This document shows, in pieces, positions 20,390-31,543 of a stretch of DNA of 32,000 bases. A program made the translations under genes and the position numbers. A model generated the notes under the pieces. The model searched no databases. It was given only the letters and a program-made list of their open reading frames with translations, and had not been told where the DNA came from. This DNA is from Wallemia ichthyophaga EXF-994 (Eukaryota; Fungi; Basidiomycota), in the NCBI RefSeq assembly GCF_000400465.1, contig NW_008806280.1:450001-482000 (forward strand), in the 5' to 3' direction. Every line of letters starts with the position of its first letter. Position 1 is the stretch's first letter.

Positions 20390-21808
20390 ATGAGCAACAA
20401 CAGCAACTCACACAGCACATCGCCCATTGAACGTGAAGGGAGTGTAGAGAATGAAACGATGACTGCCAGCGCACACGGCGCACACGGTGCTCACAGCAGC
20501 GCACAGCCATCCCCACCTATACCACAAACAGCACCACTTAACGTATCGAAAGAGCAATCACCAGCAGTCTCAAACATAGTCAGAAAGAAGCTCGGAGGAT
20601 TCGTCGGATTCGCCAATCTGCCAAACCAAGTACACCGCAAGTCTGTGCGCAAGGGATTCTCATTCACTTGCATGGTCGTAGGTGAATCAGGATTGGGCAA
20701 GTCGACGCTGGTGAACACGTTGTTCGAAACTAGCTTATATCAGCCAAAGACACTGCCAGAGTTGGGCTCCGAGTTGAGTTCTACGGTTGGTATAGAGAAT
20801 ATATCAGCAGATATCGAAGAGAATGGCGTAAGACTAAAGTTGACAGTGGTGGATACGCCTGGCTTTGGTGACTTTATCAACAACGACAGCTCCTGGGATC
20901 CTATAGTCACCTCAATCGAGTCGAGATTCGATCAATACCTCGAACAGGAGAACCGAGTTAACAGGGCAAAGCTCAACGATAACCGCGTTAATGCTTGCAT
21001 ATACTTTATTCAACCAACAGGACACTCGCTCCGTCAAGTTGACATAGAGTTCATGAGAAGATTGCACACGAAAGTAAATTTGATACCAGTAATCGCAAAG
21101 AGTGACACGCTTAGTGAGGAAGAGGTTGATTCTTTCAAGAGACGCATTCTAGCAGACATTGAATATCACAAGATCGAGATATTCAAAGCACCTGCGTATG
21201 AGATGGAAGATGATGAGACAATACAAGAAAACAGTGAAATTGAATCAAAGATACCATTTGCGATTGTTGGCTCAACGCAGACGATTCAAACAGGAGACGG
21301 TAGAAGTGTTCGCGGTAGATCATATCCATGGGGTGTTGTTGAGGTTGATAATGAGGAACACTGTGACTTTACAAAGTTAAGACAAATGATGATTAGAACA
21401 CACATGGAGGAGTTGAAGGAGAATACCGGGATTCTTTACGAGAATTACAGATCAGAGAAGATGTTGGCTATGGGAGTTCAACAGGATGCAACGGTGTTCA
21501 AGGAGGTTAACCCAACAGCCAAGGCGGTTGAAGAGAAGACCTTGCACGATGCCAAGCTTAGCAAGATGGAAGCAGAGATGAAGCTGGTTTTCCAACAAAA
21601 GGTACAAGAGAAGGAAGCAAAGCTGAGACAAAGTGAGGAAGAACTCTACGCGAGACACAGGGAGATGAAGGAATCGCTAGAGAAGCAAAGAGGGGAGTTG
21701 GATGATAAGAGGAGGAGATTGGAGTCGGGTAGGCCACTGACACCGGAGAGAGGTGGAGGCGGAGCGCAATCGACGCAGAAGAAGAGCAGAGGGTTTCTAC
21801 GTTCATAA
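20390..21808 (+). CDS. CDC3: Septin, Cdc3 group (alternative in-frame ATG at 20318)
   Basis: Motifs VGFANLPNQVHRK, GESGLGKST (G1), DTPGFGD (G3), AKSD (G4) and GRSYPWG, followed by a C-terminal coiled coil. Confidence 0.93.
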   Translation: MSNNSNSHSTSPIEREGSVENETMTASAHGAHGAHSSAQPSPPIPQTAPLNVSKEQSPAVSNIVRKKLGGFVGFANLPNQVHRKSVRKGFSFTCMVVGESGLGKSTLVNTLFETSLYQPKTLPELGSELSSTVGIENISADIEENGVRLKLTVVDTPGFGDFINNDSSWDPIVTSIESRFDQYLEQENRVNRAKLNDNRVNACIYFIQPTGHSLRQVDIEFMRRLHTKVNLIPVIAKSDTLSEEEVDSFKRRILADIEYHKIEIFKAPAYEMEDDETIQENSEIESKIPFAIVGSTQTIQTGDGRSVRGRSYPWGVVEVDNEEHCDFTKLRQMMIRTHMEELKENTGILYENYRSEKMLAMGVQQDATVFKEVNPTAKAVEEKTLHDAKLSKMEAEMKLVFQQKVQEKEAKLRQSEEELYARHREMKESLEKQRGELDDKRRRLESGRPLTPERGGGGAQSTQKKSRGFLRS

Positions 21809-21869
21809 GGTGGAGTAGAATTAGTCAAATGTAGCAAATTTTAACTTTAATTTAAATGAATAACAAGAA

Positions 21870-23240
21870 ATGATTTTGTTGATTACGTCGATGAAGTGGT
21901 TAAAGAGCAAGGTAGAAGGGAATCTGGATAGGTGGATAGAGGATAAGAGTGAATATAATCTATATAACATAATAAATATAATAAACGATGATAACGTTAA
22001 GGATTTGGTTAAATGCGTTAAAAGTAGATTGAAGACGGAGTATATGGACATGGAATACTTGATGTTGGTATTGGTGGAGGTGGATATATTCGCAGCAGCT
22101 ATAAATAATGCAAAGACTATCTCGGTAATCGTTGATTATAATGAGCTGTTCATTAAACTCTACTTGAAGTTGATCAACTCAAATCACTTGATTGTTGAAT
22201 CATTTGAACACAAGTATCAACCCATTTTGATCTTATACGATGGTCTATTTGAACACTCTTATTCCTCTCATCAATTAGCCCAAATTAATCTAACCAATTC
22301 AGTCAAAGTTTCACTTGAATTGCTCAACAATTGTCTCATTTATAATAAGTTAGACGTGGTCGAATTCACTGATAGTTATAAAGCATGTCTTGATTTCCAC
22401 AATACTTACAAAGACTCCTTAAACACCTTACAGCTCACCGCCTCCTCCTCACGCCTACAACGCGACCAGTCCATCGCTTTCTCCATCGATTGTTACAAGA
22501 TTGCTGGTATTCTGGACGACTACAGAGACACTTACACCCCAGATGAACTCATTTTACACCACACTCGCGCCCTTATCGAAGAAATTCAAAACAGTCTCAA
22601 TGAATACCACCATCTATCCCTCCACATCAAGCAAGACGAGGAATTGCATCTCGTTACTCAGCAATCCATTCACGATACACGCTTCGATAGGTCTAAACAT
22701 CCACCCACACCCACACATTCACTTCACTCACTCCATTCACACTCCCAATCTCACCATCAACACTCATCTCAACAATCCTTCAGTTTTGAAAGGATTCCTT
22801 ATAGCACTTCGATTCCATCCGATTTAGGTGGCAGCAGCATGTCCACTCACATACCAATTGCTTTTGAGTTGGCTAATAAGGGTAAGCTGGGTCTGATGGC
22901 AAACATGGTAAATAGAAGTAACGACTACGATATCATCACTCCCCTTCCAACGCACAAATCAATTCAGAAAAGAAGACAGCTCGATGATTATCACCCTGGG
23001 AATAGCTACAACGACCAAAACCAAGATAATGAACATGACTACGATTATGACTACGAACACGACCACGAGCATGACCAATCCACCTCTCCCTCTGAGTATT
23101 ATCAACCTTCACAACAACTCGAGGTTGACCATGATATTCAACAATACCACGACCAAGAGCATCACCATGACATGTTCCAAGACTGCTCTCCATATGCTGG
23201 CATCGTAGAGTGCACCACCCCGACAAGACCCACAAAGTAA
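21870..23240 (+). CDS. Hypothetical protein, possibly a highly diverged VHS-GAT (Lsb5/Tom1-like) adaptor with a His/Gln/Asp-rich tail
   Basis: An intronless 456-aa ORF with a helical N-terminus. The middle (NSVKVSLELLNNCL..EFTDSYKAC..DELILHHTRALIEEIQNSLNEYHHL) has GAT-like spacing. The family call is weak; the CDS call is stronger. Confidence 0.6.
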   Translation: MILLITSMKWLKSKVEGNLDRWIEDKSEYNLYNIINIINDDNVKDLVKCVKSRLKTEYMDMEYLMLVLVEVDIFAAAINNAKTISVIVDYNELFIKLYLKLINSNHLIVESFEHKYQPILILYDGLFEHSYSSHQLAQINLTNSVKVSLELLNNCLIYNKLDVVEFTDSYKACLDFHNTYKDSLNTLQLTASSSRLQRDQSIAFSIDCYKIAGILDDYRDTYTPDELILHHTRALIEEIQNSLNEYHHLSLHIKQDEELHLVTQQSIHDTRFDRSKHPPTPTHSLHSLHSHSQSHHQHSSQQSFSFERIPYSTSIPSDLGGSSMSTHIPIAFELANKGKLGLMANMVNRSNDYDIITPLPTHKSIQKRRQLDDYHPGNSYNDQNQDNEHDYDYDYEHDHEHDQSTSPSEYYQPSQQLEVDHDIQQYHDQEHHHDMFQDCSPYAGIVECTTPTRPTK

Positions 23241-23348
23241 AATAAATCAAAATGAATTCAAGTAAAAGTATTTTTGTTGTGCTATTATCATTACTATGCC
23301 ACTTGCAAACCACCTAATTAACTCCTGTGTCTGACTGTACCAACTCAT

Positions 23349-25137
23349 CTATCTCCTGCCTCTACCTCTACCACCTCTCATACCGCCCCTGCCTCTCATT
23401 GCAGATTGAGCAGTCTGGCGATCGATTGGTGGACCTGGATTCTGACCTTCAGATTGAGGATTACGGATAGTTTCATCTACAGAGAGAACCAAACAGGCTG
23501 CTTCAGATGCACTAGCAATAGCGTTCATCTTGACAAGAGCAGGTTCCCAAATGAATTGCTCTACACTATTACCGACTCCTTCAGTCTCAATATCGACACC
23601 TGCCCAATAATCATTCTTTGCATGCTGCATGCGCAGCTTATTGAGTATATCAGTAGCGTCGAAGCCAGCATTATCGCAAAGTTGACGGGGTATGCCTTCT
23701 AATGATTTGGCGAAAGCAGCTATAATTAATTGTTGCTTTCCTTCAATAGATCTACTGTAATCTCTTAATCTCTTTGACAGCTCCATCTCAATTGCACCAC
23801 CACCACCAACGATAGTGCTGTGTTTGATGGTTCTCCGAACAATCATGATTGCGTCGTGCAAAGATCTTGCCACTTCAGCAATAAACTGCTCAGCACCACC
23901 ACGTAAGATGATAGTGCATGTTTTAGTAGCAGGGCATTCAGTGAAGATGTTGAAACGGTCTGAACCAATTTGACGCTCTTCAAAGCGACCACAACTGCCG
24001 AGGTGTTTGTTTGTGTCAATATCTGAGACTGTCGACTGGACTGATCCACCGAGTGCTTGAGTGACGCGCTTCATGTCGTCTGCAGCTACTCTACCAGCAC
24101 AGAAAATATCCCTGTCTGCGAAATACTGCGTTGCAAGATCACCAATTGGGAGTTTTGATAATACGACCTTTGCACCTGTGTTGACGATTGCTTCCAGTTT
24201 CTTGTAGATAATGTCCCATTCAGCATCGACAATCTTTTGATACTCGCTCACATCCTCCACTCTCACCTCAGCATTGTCCTTCTCAGCCTTAAGTTCGAGC
24301 TCCACGTTGAGACAGAGAATGGTTGGGTTAGTGAAGGATTTTGGCTGTTGTTCGAAACCTGCGTAACTGAAAGTTTTCTTGAAGGCGACACCTTTAACGA
24401 GTAAAGAGTCCTGCATACCACCACCAGGAACCTTCTTAACACCGATGTAGTCTTGGTTGAGGTCGTCCTGGTTAAGACACATGACGGCATCGACAGCCAT
24501 ATTGGTGAAGAAGGGTTTGTAGTTCTGGATAAGTTTAGAAGACATACTGGTAGCAGCGCACTTAAGGAGATGCTGTCTAAATTGAGTTGGATCAGATTTA
24601 TCGATTGGGATTCCCAGCTTCTTTATCTCATCGAGGGCGACTTGAGTTGCTTTTCTATAGCCCTTCATGATAATATAAGGATTAACGCCGTCTTCAATGA
24701 ATGACTTGCACTCTCGGAGCATTTCACCGGCCAAGAGGGTAACTGAAGTAGTTCCATCACCAACCTCAGCATCTTGAGCGCGGGCGATGTCAACGAGTGA
24801 TTTAGCAGCTGGGTGGACAATCTCAAGCAGCTTGAGGATCGTTGCACCGTCGTTGGAGATTGTAGCCTCGCCTCTGTTGCTGACTATCAGCTTATCCATG
24901 CCACGTGGACCGAGAGTGGAAGCCACACAGTCGACAACAGCCAAACAAGCGCCAATATTAGACAGCAGCTGTCCTTTTCCCTGTGAGCTGTCTGTGCCAT
25001 CTAATCGAAGACGTCAGAAGGTTTGAGTGGTGGGGATTCTGCTCACCTCTGAGGAGAATTATCGGTGGTTGCTGGTATATCTGTTAAATGTAATCCAATT
25101 ATACTGGAAATCTCACCATCATTCCTGGCAACGACAT
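23349..25137 (-). CDS. CCT7: Chaperonin CCT/TRiC subunit eta
   Basis: MSLPGMM|..PPIILLR|[16 protein letters not shown], with motifs [19 protein letters not shown] and [15 protein letters not shown], and an RGG-rich C-terminal tail. There are two 5' introns. Confidence 0.96.
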
Positions 25138-25257
25138 TTTTATTCTTCGTCGCTTGGTCGTTGAGAAGAAGGCTCAGCTTACAGCACGCACGCACAAATC
25201 AAATATCAAATTCATCCATCTACGCGTGTTCTAATGCTATTTACGCGTCTTCTAGAA

Positions 25258-26331
25258 CTAATCTACGTCTTCTGATTGTACGTTATCTGATGGACCAATT
25301 GTACCGCCAAACGAGCCTGGCATGTTAGTTGTGGGGTCAGAGCTGCGACGAGGGCGTTGAGTGTGAGTGTGAGTGTGAGTGTGAGTATTCTCCCGCCGTC
25401 TATCCCACTCTTGCCTCTCCATTGCGACGCTGTACCTGCAAATCGGACACGTGCCATTGATATTGAGCCATCCAGCGAGACACTGTGGGTGAAACGCGTG
25501 GCTACACGGCATGGCCATCCACTCATCGCCCACCTTGAAGTCCTCTTTGCATATTGAGCAGTCTGTGATTTCCTGCGCGCGTATCCAGCCCATATCAGCT
25601 AAACCACGCTCGAGTCGCGCAATACGCTCATCTGATGCGGGTATAACGGAGGATGTCTGCTGATTCTCCATTAATTCATCAACGAACCTATCAAATGCAC
25701 CCTGCGATAGTATGTAGTCACCGAAACGCGCTTCTCCACCGCTAAACGACATTGAAGGCACATCACTCGATCCGAGCAGAGACGACAAGAGGTTTTGGAT
25801 GTAGCCACCGATGTTATTGTTGTTGGTGTTATCACTGCTGCTGTCTGGCCGCGTACTCGAGTGTATTGGTGGTGGCTGGAATGAATTGGCGAGGAAGTCG
25901 CTCAAAGTGGGGTTCTCTAGGTTGCGTGCGTCTTGTGTATTCTCTGGATTCTCTGTGTCGTGCCTGTTCTCTGTGGCCTGCCCTCCAAACGAGAAGGTCA
26001 TGGGATTAGCGCCACTGCCTATCATCACATAACCGCGTCTGCTGGCTGGATGAGTGGCTGAGTTGGCGGGTGGACTGGGTGGAGTGAAATGTGAATGCCC
26101 TGAGTGCGCTGATCGCCCAGATCGCCCCGATTGCGCTCGTTGCACACGTTGTCCACCAAAGAGCCCCCTCATGAACTCCTCTATTGGATTTATAGTGTTG
26201 TACTCTGGCGTGCTCACCTCCGTGCCCGGGATATCATGACGTATCTCCTCAACGAACTCGCTCTGGCAGCGGCTACAGACTCCGCCAACCAGCCTCCCTT
26301 GAGATGTACACGCGTGGCAGTAATATTCCAT
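25258..26331 (-). CDS. RING-H2 E3 ubiquitin ligase with an N-terminal zinc ribbon (RNF126/RNF115-like)
   Basis: N-terminal YCHAC..CSRCQSEFVEEI, and C-terminal CSICKEDF..MPCSHAFHPQCLAGWLNINGTCPICR. Confidence 0.9.
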   Translation of the reverse strand: MEYYCHACTSQGRLVGGVCSRCQSEFVEEIRHDIPGTEVSTPEYNTINPIEEFMRGLFGGQRVQRAQSGRSGRSAHSGHSHFTPPSPPANSATHPASRRGYVMIGSGANPMTFSFGGQATENRHDTENPENTQDARNLENPTLSDFLANSFQPPPIHSSTRPDSSSDNTNNNNIGGYIQNLLSSLLGSSDVPSMSFSGGEARFGDYILSQGAFDRFVDELMENQQTSSVIPASDERIARLERGLADMGWIRAQEITDCSICKEDFKVGDEWMAMPCSHAFHPQCLAGWLNINGTCPICRYSVAMERQEWDRRRENTHTHTHTHTQRPRRSSDPTTNMPGSFGGTIGPSDNVQSEDVD

Positions 26332-26408
26332 TTTTATTTTATTCAATCGCCACGACTTGGTGGTTGATCACTAACCACCATCACCCGCTTATCGGTGAGA
26401 ACCACTAA

Positions 26409-29133
26409 ATGGCGCCAGCTTCTCCCACACGCAACTACGCCATTATAATCGATGCTGGATCATCTGGCTCCCGGTCCCAGATCTACAGCTGGGAATTGGG
26501 TCGACGTGGGGACGCGCAATACGCCCACGCGCTTCTCCCCAACGTCGAGCTGGGCTTGGGCCGCGGAGCACCAGGAGATACCCTCGGCGACGCGCCGTCT
26601 CCTTCGGGCTGGAAAGTTGAGCCAGGGCTCAGCGCGCTTTCCCCGACCGCTTCCACCCTCGAGCTTTATCTGCGTCAACTCATCCAGCCCGCTCTCGATC
26701 TCCTTCCGCCCAGCGCTCGCCCCACAACCCCCGTCTACGTCCTCGCGACTGCCGGGATGCGTCTTCTCGCCCCGCAGCAAGCTCACGCCCTCCTCTCGAG
26801 CGCAGACGACGCTCTCGCCGCTATTCTGCCTCACCACCGCGCCCACTTGTCCTCTCGCATCATCTCTGGCGAAGAAGAAGGCTTCTTCGGGTGGCTCGCT
26901 GTCAATTACCTTATGGATGGCTTCGTCGACAGGCACGGGAGGCAGCCGCAGCTGCAGTCACCCGCACACTCTCACTCCTGGGGCTTCCTCGATATGGGCG
27001 GCGCATCGACGCAGATCGCTTTCGAGCCGACGCGCGGGTGGGGTGGAGACGTAGCCCGCGAGAAGGATGACGGTCTGATCGACTTCAATCTACGCATGTC
27101 CGATGGCACTCACCGCCCGTACACGGTGTTCGTCGCGACGTGGCTGGGCTACGGCACCAACCAGGCGCGCGACCGCCACGTGCGCCACCTGATCAAGCAG
27201 AAGGAGAGTGTCAATGAGAGCGATACAAACAAAATCAATAGCATATCCTACACAGACACTGTCGCAGACGCGGAGGCACCCGACGACGACGACAGTCTGC
27301 ATATACCCTCAACGCAGGCACCTCAACTAACGATCGAGGATCCGTGTCTACCGCGCAACTTGGACGTGGTCGATGTGTACACATCGCACAACATCCACGG
27401 CACAGGCTCCTTTACGGGGTGTTTGCGCGCATTGGAGCCCCTCCTCGAGCGGGAAGCCTTCTGTCCACACCCACCCTGTCTGTTCGGTGGGCAGCGTGTA
27501 CCACCTATAGACTTCTCCCTCGACCGGTTCGTCGGAGTGAGCGAATATTGGTTCTCGTCCGAACATCTTTTCGGTCTAGGCGGCGCATGGGATCTCGTAC
27601 GCTTCGAGAGGGCTGCCGAGGAGTACTGCGCGCAAGACTGGCACGCTCTCGAGCGAGAGTGGAAGCAGGGAAACGTTACTGGCACTAGCGGTAAGTGGGG
27701 CGACCAGATCGACCTCCCACGCCTGCGTATGCAGTGTTTCAAGGCGAGTTGGATCGTAGAGGTGCTGCACCAAGGTGAGTCAAGGGAGTAATCAAGACAC
27801 ATGAGCTAACAATAAGCCACTCGCAGGCATAGGCATTCCGCGTATCGTAGATCCTGGAGGTAACATCACCACCGCCGATCCTCTCACAGAGGCCAACGAG
27901 AAGGCGGGTCAGAAAGGGCTGCGCTATGGCGAGGGTGAGCGGGAGCAGGAGCAGGCACCCTCACACGCTCCCTCGCACGAACCCATATTCCAATCGGTGA
28001 ATGCCATAGACAGTGTACCAATTTCATGGACACTAGGCTCAGTACTCCTCACAGCATCTGGATCGCAGTCGCCTTTCCTCGCCTACAGCACCAACACTCC
28101 ACACAGCACCTCGGACGACATATTCACCTTCACCGGTGTGAATGGCAAGCTGCTAGCGCTGGAGAGTAGGACGGGTGTGCGTGCGGTGTATGTGTTGGCT
28201 GCACTCGCCCTCCTTCTGCTAGCAGTAGGGTGGTATGCGTGGTATGTGTATCGCAGACGCTCGCGCAGACGCCGCGACAGTGACAGCGACAGTAATGTGC
28301 AGCGATACACCGCCATACCCACCCAGATGGAGGAGGGTACTGAGGCGATCTCGCTCAACGACGTGGGGCACAAGGCATACTCGCACAAGAGTCGCAGTGG
28401 GAGTGGGAGTAGTTTGGGCAGTTTAGCAAGTGTGGGTAGCAGAGGTGCTGCCGCTATCGGCAAACTGCAGCGGTCCGTGCGTCGCCTCGCTAGAATTATG
28501 CCAGGCTGGAGTTGGAGCTGGCGAGACTGGACTAAACCATCTGCTCCCCGCTCGCGCACACCGAAGCTGCGCTATAGCGGTGGTTTGCCCTCGGATCCTA
28601 CCAGTCAACCCCTCCAGCACACCTCGAGCAGTCCGGCCATCATGACTATCAAGAGTGCCCCTTCAACGCCCAAACGTGGCTCGTCGCGGCTGCACGCATA
28701 CAAAAACAGCCAGAATGTGGATGTGGACGTTGGTGGGGTTGGTAGTGGTGGTGTAGATGCAGGTGTAGGTGTTAGTGGCAGTGCGATCAACGACAAAAGC
28801 ACAAACACAAAGAAACAACCACACGCGACTGGTTTGGGATTATTTAGAAACCCTCTTGATAGATCGAGCAGTAGTGTTCACGTCGATCAACTGGGCTTCC
28901 AACAGCAACAACAGCAACAGCAACAGCATCCTTCATCCCAACTCCAACTGAATCCACCACAAACCCTCGCCTCTCATCCCTCAAATCCCTCGCACCCCTC
29001 TCACACCCCTCCTCGAGCTAGTCTCAGCAGTCGGAATAACTCCAGCGCTAACCTCACCACGCTCGTTAGTCGTTCCACTTCCTCTGCCAAGCTTAACAAT
29101 ATGGGTATTGTGCAGGATGACTATTTCGTGTAG
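26409..29133 (+). CDS. YND1: Golgi apyrase (GDA1/CD39 family, Ynd1-like)
   Basis: Apyrase conserved regions IDAGSSGSR, ATAGMR, ISGEEEG, DMGGASTQ and SWTLG. An intron at 27775-27826 joins the two ORFs. A C-terminal TM helix is followed by a basic stretch and a long cytosolic tail. Confidence 0.92.
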
Positions 29134-29273
29134 TGTATGACTATTGTTATGATTATTACATATGTACAATGGGGTTTGTGGGTGTATTAATGCTGATTGT
29201 ATGCCTGTGTTTTTCTTACGTCGTGGTACTTGAGGGATGGTTAGATGTTGCACTAACCAACACACGCGTTGAC

Positions 29274-30833
29274 TTACTCTTCGGTATTAGCATCAGCATT
29301 AGCATTAGCATCAGCATTAGCGTTAGCATCACCATCAGCATTACCATCACCATCAGCATTACCATCACCATCAGCCTCAGCCTCACCATCACCATCGCCA
29401 TCCTCACCACCCTCCACCTCACTCTCTTCCCCACTGCCGTCAAATTCACCTTGATCGACAGAGTTTCTCAAACGGCTAGTATAGCTATCGCCTAGAGAAT
29501 GAATCATGAAATGCTCTAAAGCGTCGACAGATGAGCCATTCAAAGAGAGAGCATGACCGATGAGTTGGTGAGGGGAGAGGGAGTGAGCGTAGAACTCGCA
29601 AGTGTGTTTGAGGGTGTCACACAGCTTAGCGAGGTATGTGTGCAAGAGATGAGTGAGGAGGCTGACTGGTGTGGTGGTGCTAGAGGTGAACCCAGTGTGG
29701 AGAACGGTGGCCACTGCGACCTTATGGAGCACGCTGCCGGCCACATTATCATCGAGGGTGCCGGGCTGGCTGCTAAGCGGGTCTAGCATTGATGAACCCC
29801 ATTTGTAGCTGTCGCTGTCGCTCTCACCCTCGCCCTTATCGCCACCTTCACCTCCCTCACTCCCACTCCCGTCTATGTCCATATCGTCGCTCTCCTTGTC
29901 GCACGACTTGTTGAGACTGGTGAGCAGAGACAGCTGCGTGCTGAAGGAGGACTGCAGTGATGAGGGCATGTGTGGGGGGATGACGAAAGGAGTGGAGTAG
30001 GTGTGCGAGGGTGGTGCACATGGCATGCCATTCCGCACGCTCTCTTTGTACGATGGGGAGTCGATGAGAAGTGAGCAAGTCTTGGGAGTGGAAGTGTTGT
30101 CTTGATTTGTACTATCTTCCTCGTGAGTAAAAAACAGTTGCCAAGGCTGCTCTATCTCGTCTTGATCGATATGTCTCATATCATTACCGCGTAAAATAGC
30201 CATTGAATCTGAAAAAGGGTTGGATAATGTGGTCGTTGGGAATGGTGTCGGTGAATGTGTAGGGGAAACGGATCTAATCACAGCGTTGCTGTCCAATTTG
30301 CGCTTTTTGTGGGGACGTTTGTGGATGGGTTGAGAGGGAGTGAGTGATCTGCCAGCGCCAACATCGTCATCCTGCAATAAAGAGTTTGGAGAATCAGGAA
30401 TAAACTCTAATAACTGAGAAGACTTAGTTTCCAAGTGAATAGCATGTGATCTGAGTGGGTGATTTGGATCAGTATTGTACACTAAGCAATTAGTCCATAT
30501 CAAGTCCAAATCTGATTTGAATTGTTGCTTGTGTTTATATTGGCGCTGCTTAATCTTCTTGGTTATAGTGGACAGGTCCATTGGGTGGGTAATAACCAAA
30601 TGATAGTCAGGCGCTTCAAATTTCCTAACAGGTTTTCTAAAGGCGAAAGAAGAGGAAGATGATTTGAGCTGGTCGATAACCTTATCAAGCAATTCAAACC
30701 ACTCGTTGTTTATAGATGGCTGCTGGCTTGTCGTTGCATTCGACAGCTGCCGTATTTTACTAATAAGTGACTTATAATCCACGCCAATTTCAAATAAACT
30801 CAATTCCTTATTCAAATATTTCGTTGAAGACAT
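29274..30833 (-). CDS. SPT7: SAGA subunit Spt7-like protein (bromodomain plus histone fold), 519 aa
   Basis: Bromodomain AFRKPV..APDYHLVITHPMDLSTI..FKSDLDLIWTNCLVYN..HPLR, a histone-fold-like segment (VATVLHTGF..VSLLTHLLHTYLAKL) and an acidic repeat tail. Confidence 0.78.
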   Translation of the reverse strand: MSSTKYLNKELSLFEIGVDYKSLISKIRQLSNATTSQQPSINNEWFELLDKVIDQLKSSSSSFAFRKPVRKFEAPDYHLVITHPMDLSTITKKIKQRQYKHKQQFKSDLDLIWTNCLVYNTDPNHPLRSHAIHLETKSSQLLEFIPDSPNSLLQDDDVGAGRSLTPSQPIHKRPHKKRKLDSNAVIRSVSPTHSPTPFPTTTLSNPFSDSMAILRGNDMRHIDQDEIEQPWQLFFTHEEDSTNQDNTSTPKTCSLLIDSPSYKESVRNGMPCAPPSHTYSTPFVIPPHMPSSLQSSFSTQLSLLTSLNKSCDKESDDMDIDGSGSEGGEGGDKGEGESDSDSYKWGSSMLDPLSSQPGTLDDNVAGSVLHKVAVATVLHTGFTSSTTTPVSLLTHLLHTYLAKLCDTLKHTCEFYAHSLSPHQLIGHALSLNGSSVDALEHFMIHSLGDSYTSRLRNSVDQGEFDGSGEESEVEGGEDGDGDGEAEADGDGNADGDGNADGDANANADANANADANTEE

Positions 30834-30859
30834 GGTGATGGTTACGCCCAACATCCATC

Positions 30860-31489
30860 ATGGCCATCTCCAAAATAAAGGCAGCGATCAGATCTCACCA
30901 CAGGCGCTTAGATAAGGGCGTTGATGAGGAGACCAAGCAGTCCATCTCCAGGAAACTCGATGGCCTCAATTACGAGCTCAATAAGGTCAAAGAAGATGAG
31001 CTCTCAAGGAAAATGAGCTCGAGATATCACAAGATTAAATTTATCGAGAAGAGGAAATTGTTTAGATTGATTAATTCTATTAAAAATAATAAAATTAATA
31101 AGAATGACACTCACCCGGATTCGAAGCGAGCTCTATTCAAATACAGGCAGCAACTCAACTACATAATAAACTACCCAACGAATATCAAGTATATTTCTGT
31201 CCTTCACTCACCCTCCAACTCGGCAGACACAAAATCCAGACAAGAAAAACTTGATGACGTTGAGTCAAAGATGAATGCAGGCGATATCAGCAGTACTCCA
31301 GAGCTAATTGTGTTTAAGAGTCTTCAATCTGACAATGTCAACGAGGTAGAGGGGAGTAAGGGGAGTAAGCAGAAGCCCCAGACGCAGGAATCCCAGAAAT
31401 CCCATAAATCCCAAAAATCCCACCACCATCAGCCATCAGAAGATTCAGATGACCAAGCCAATCTCTCCGCTGACGATTTTTTCGAATAG
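30860..31489 (+). CDS. EFG1: rRNA-processing protein Efg1
   Basis: Motifs SKIKAAIR, KMSSRYHKIKFIEKRK and LNYIINYPTNIKYIS, and a C-terminal DDFFE motif typical of the Efg1 family. Confidence 0.88.
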   Translation: MAISKIKAAIRSHHRRLDKGVDEETKQSISRKLDGLNYELNKVKEDELSRKMSSRYHKIKFIEKRKLFRLINSIKNNKINKNDTHPDSKRALFKYRQQLNYIINYPTNIKYISVLHSPSNSADTKSRQEKLDDVESKMNAGDISSTPELIVFKSLQSDNVNEVEGSKGSKQKPQTQESQKSHKSQKSHHHQPSEDSDDQANLSADDFFE

Positions 31490-31543
31490 ACCACTTGAAT
31501 GTAATTTTATATTTATTTACCGTAGAAAGTGAGACACTTGACA

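Noticed and set aside
25357-25386. (GTGAGT)n tandem repeat resembling stacked splice donors or a telomere-like repeat
   Set aside because: It lies on the antisense strand of the RING gene, where it simply encodes THTHTH. It is a coding microsatellite.
29133-29495. ORFs reading ISISIS.., MLMLML.. and SALPSP..
   Set aside because: These are alternative-frame and antisense read-outs of the SPT7 hexamer repeat tail, not separate genes.
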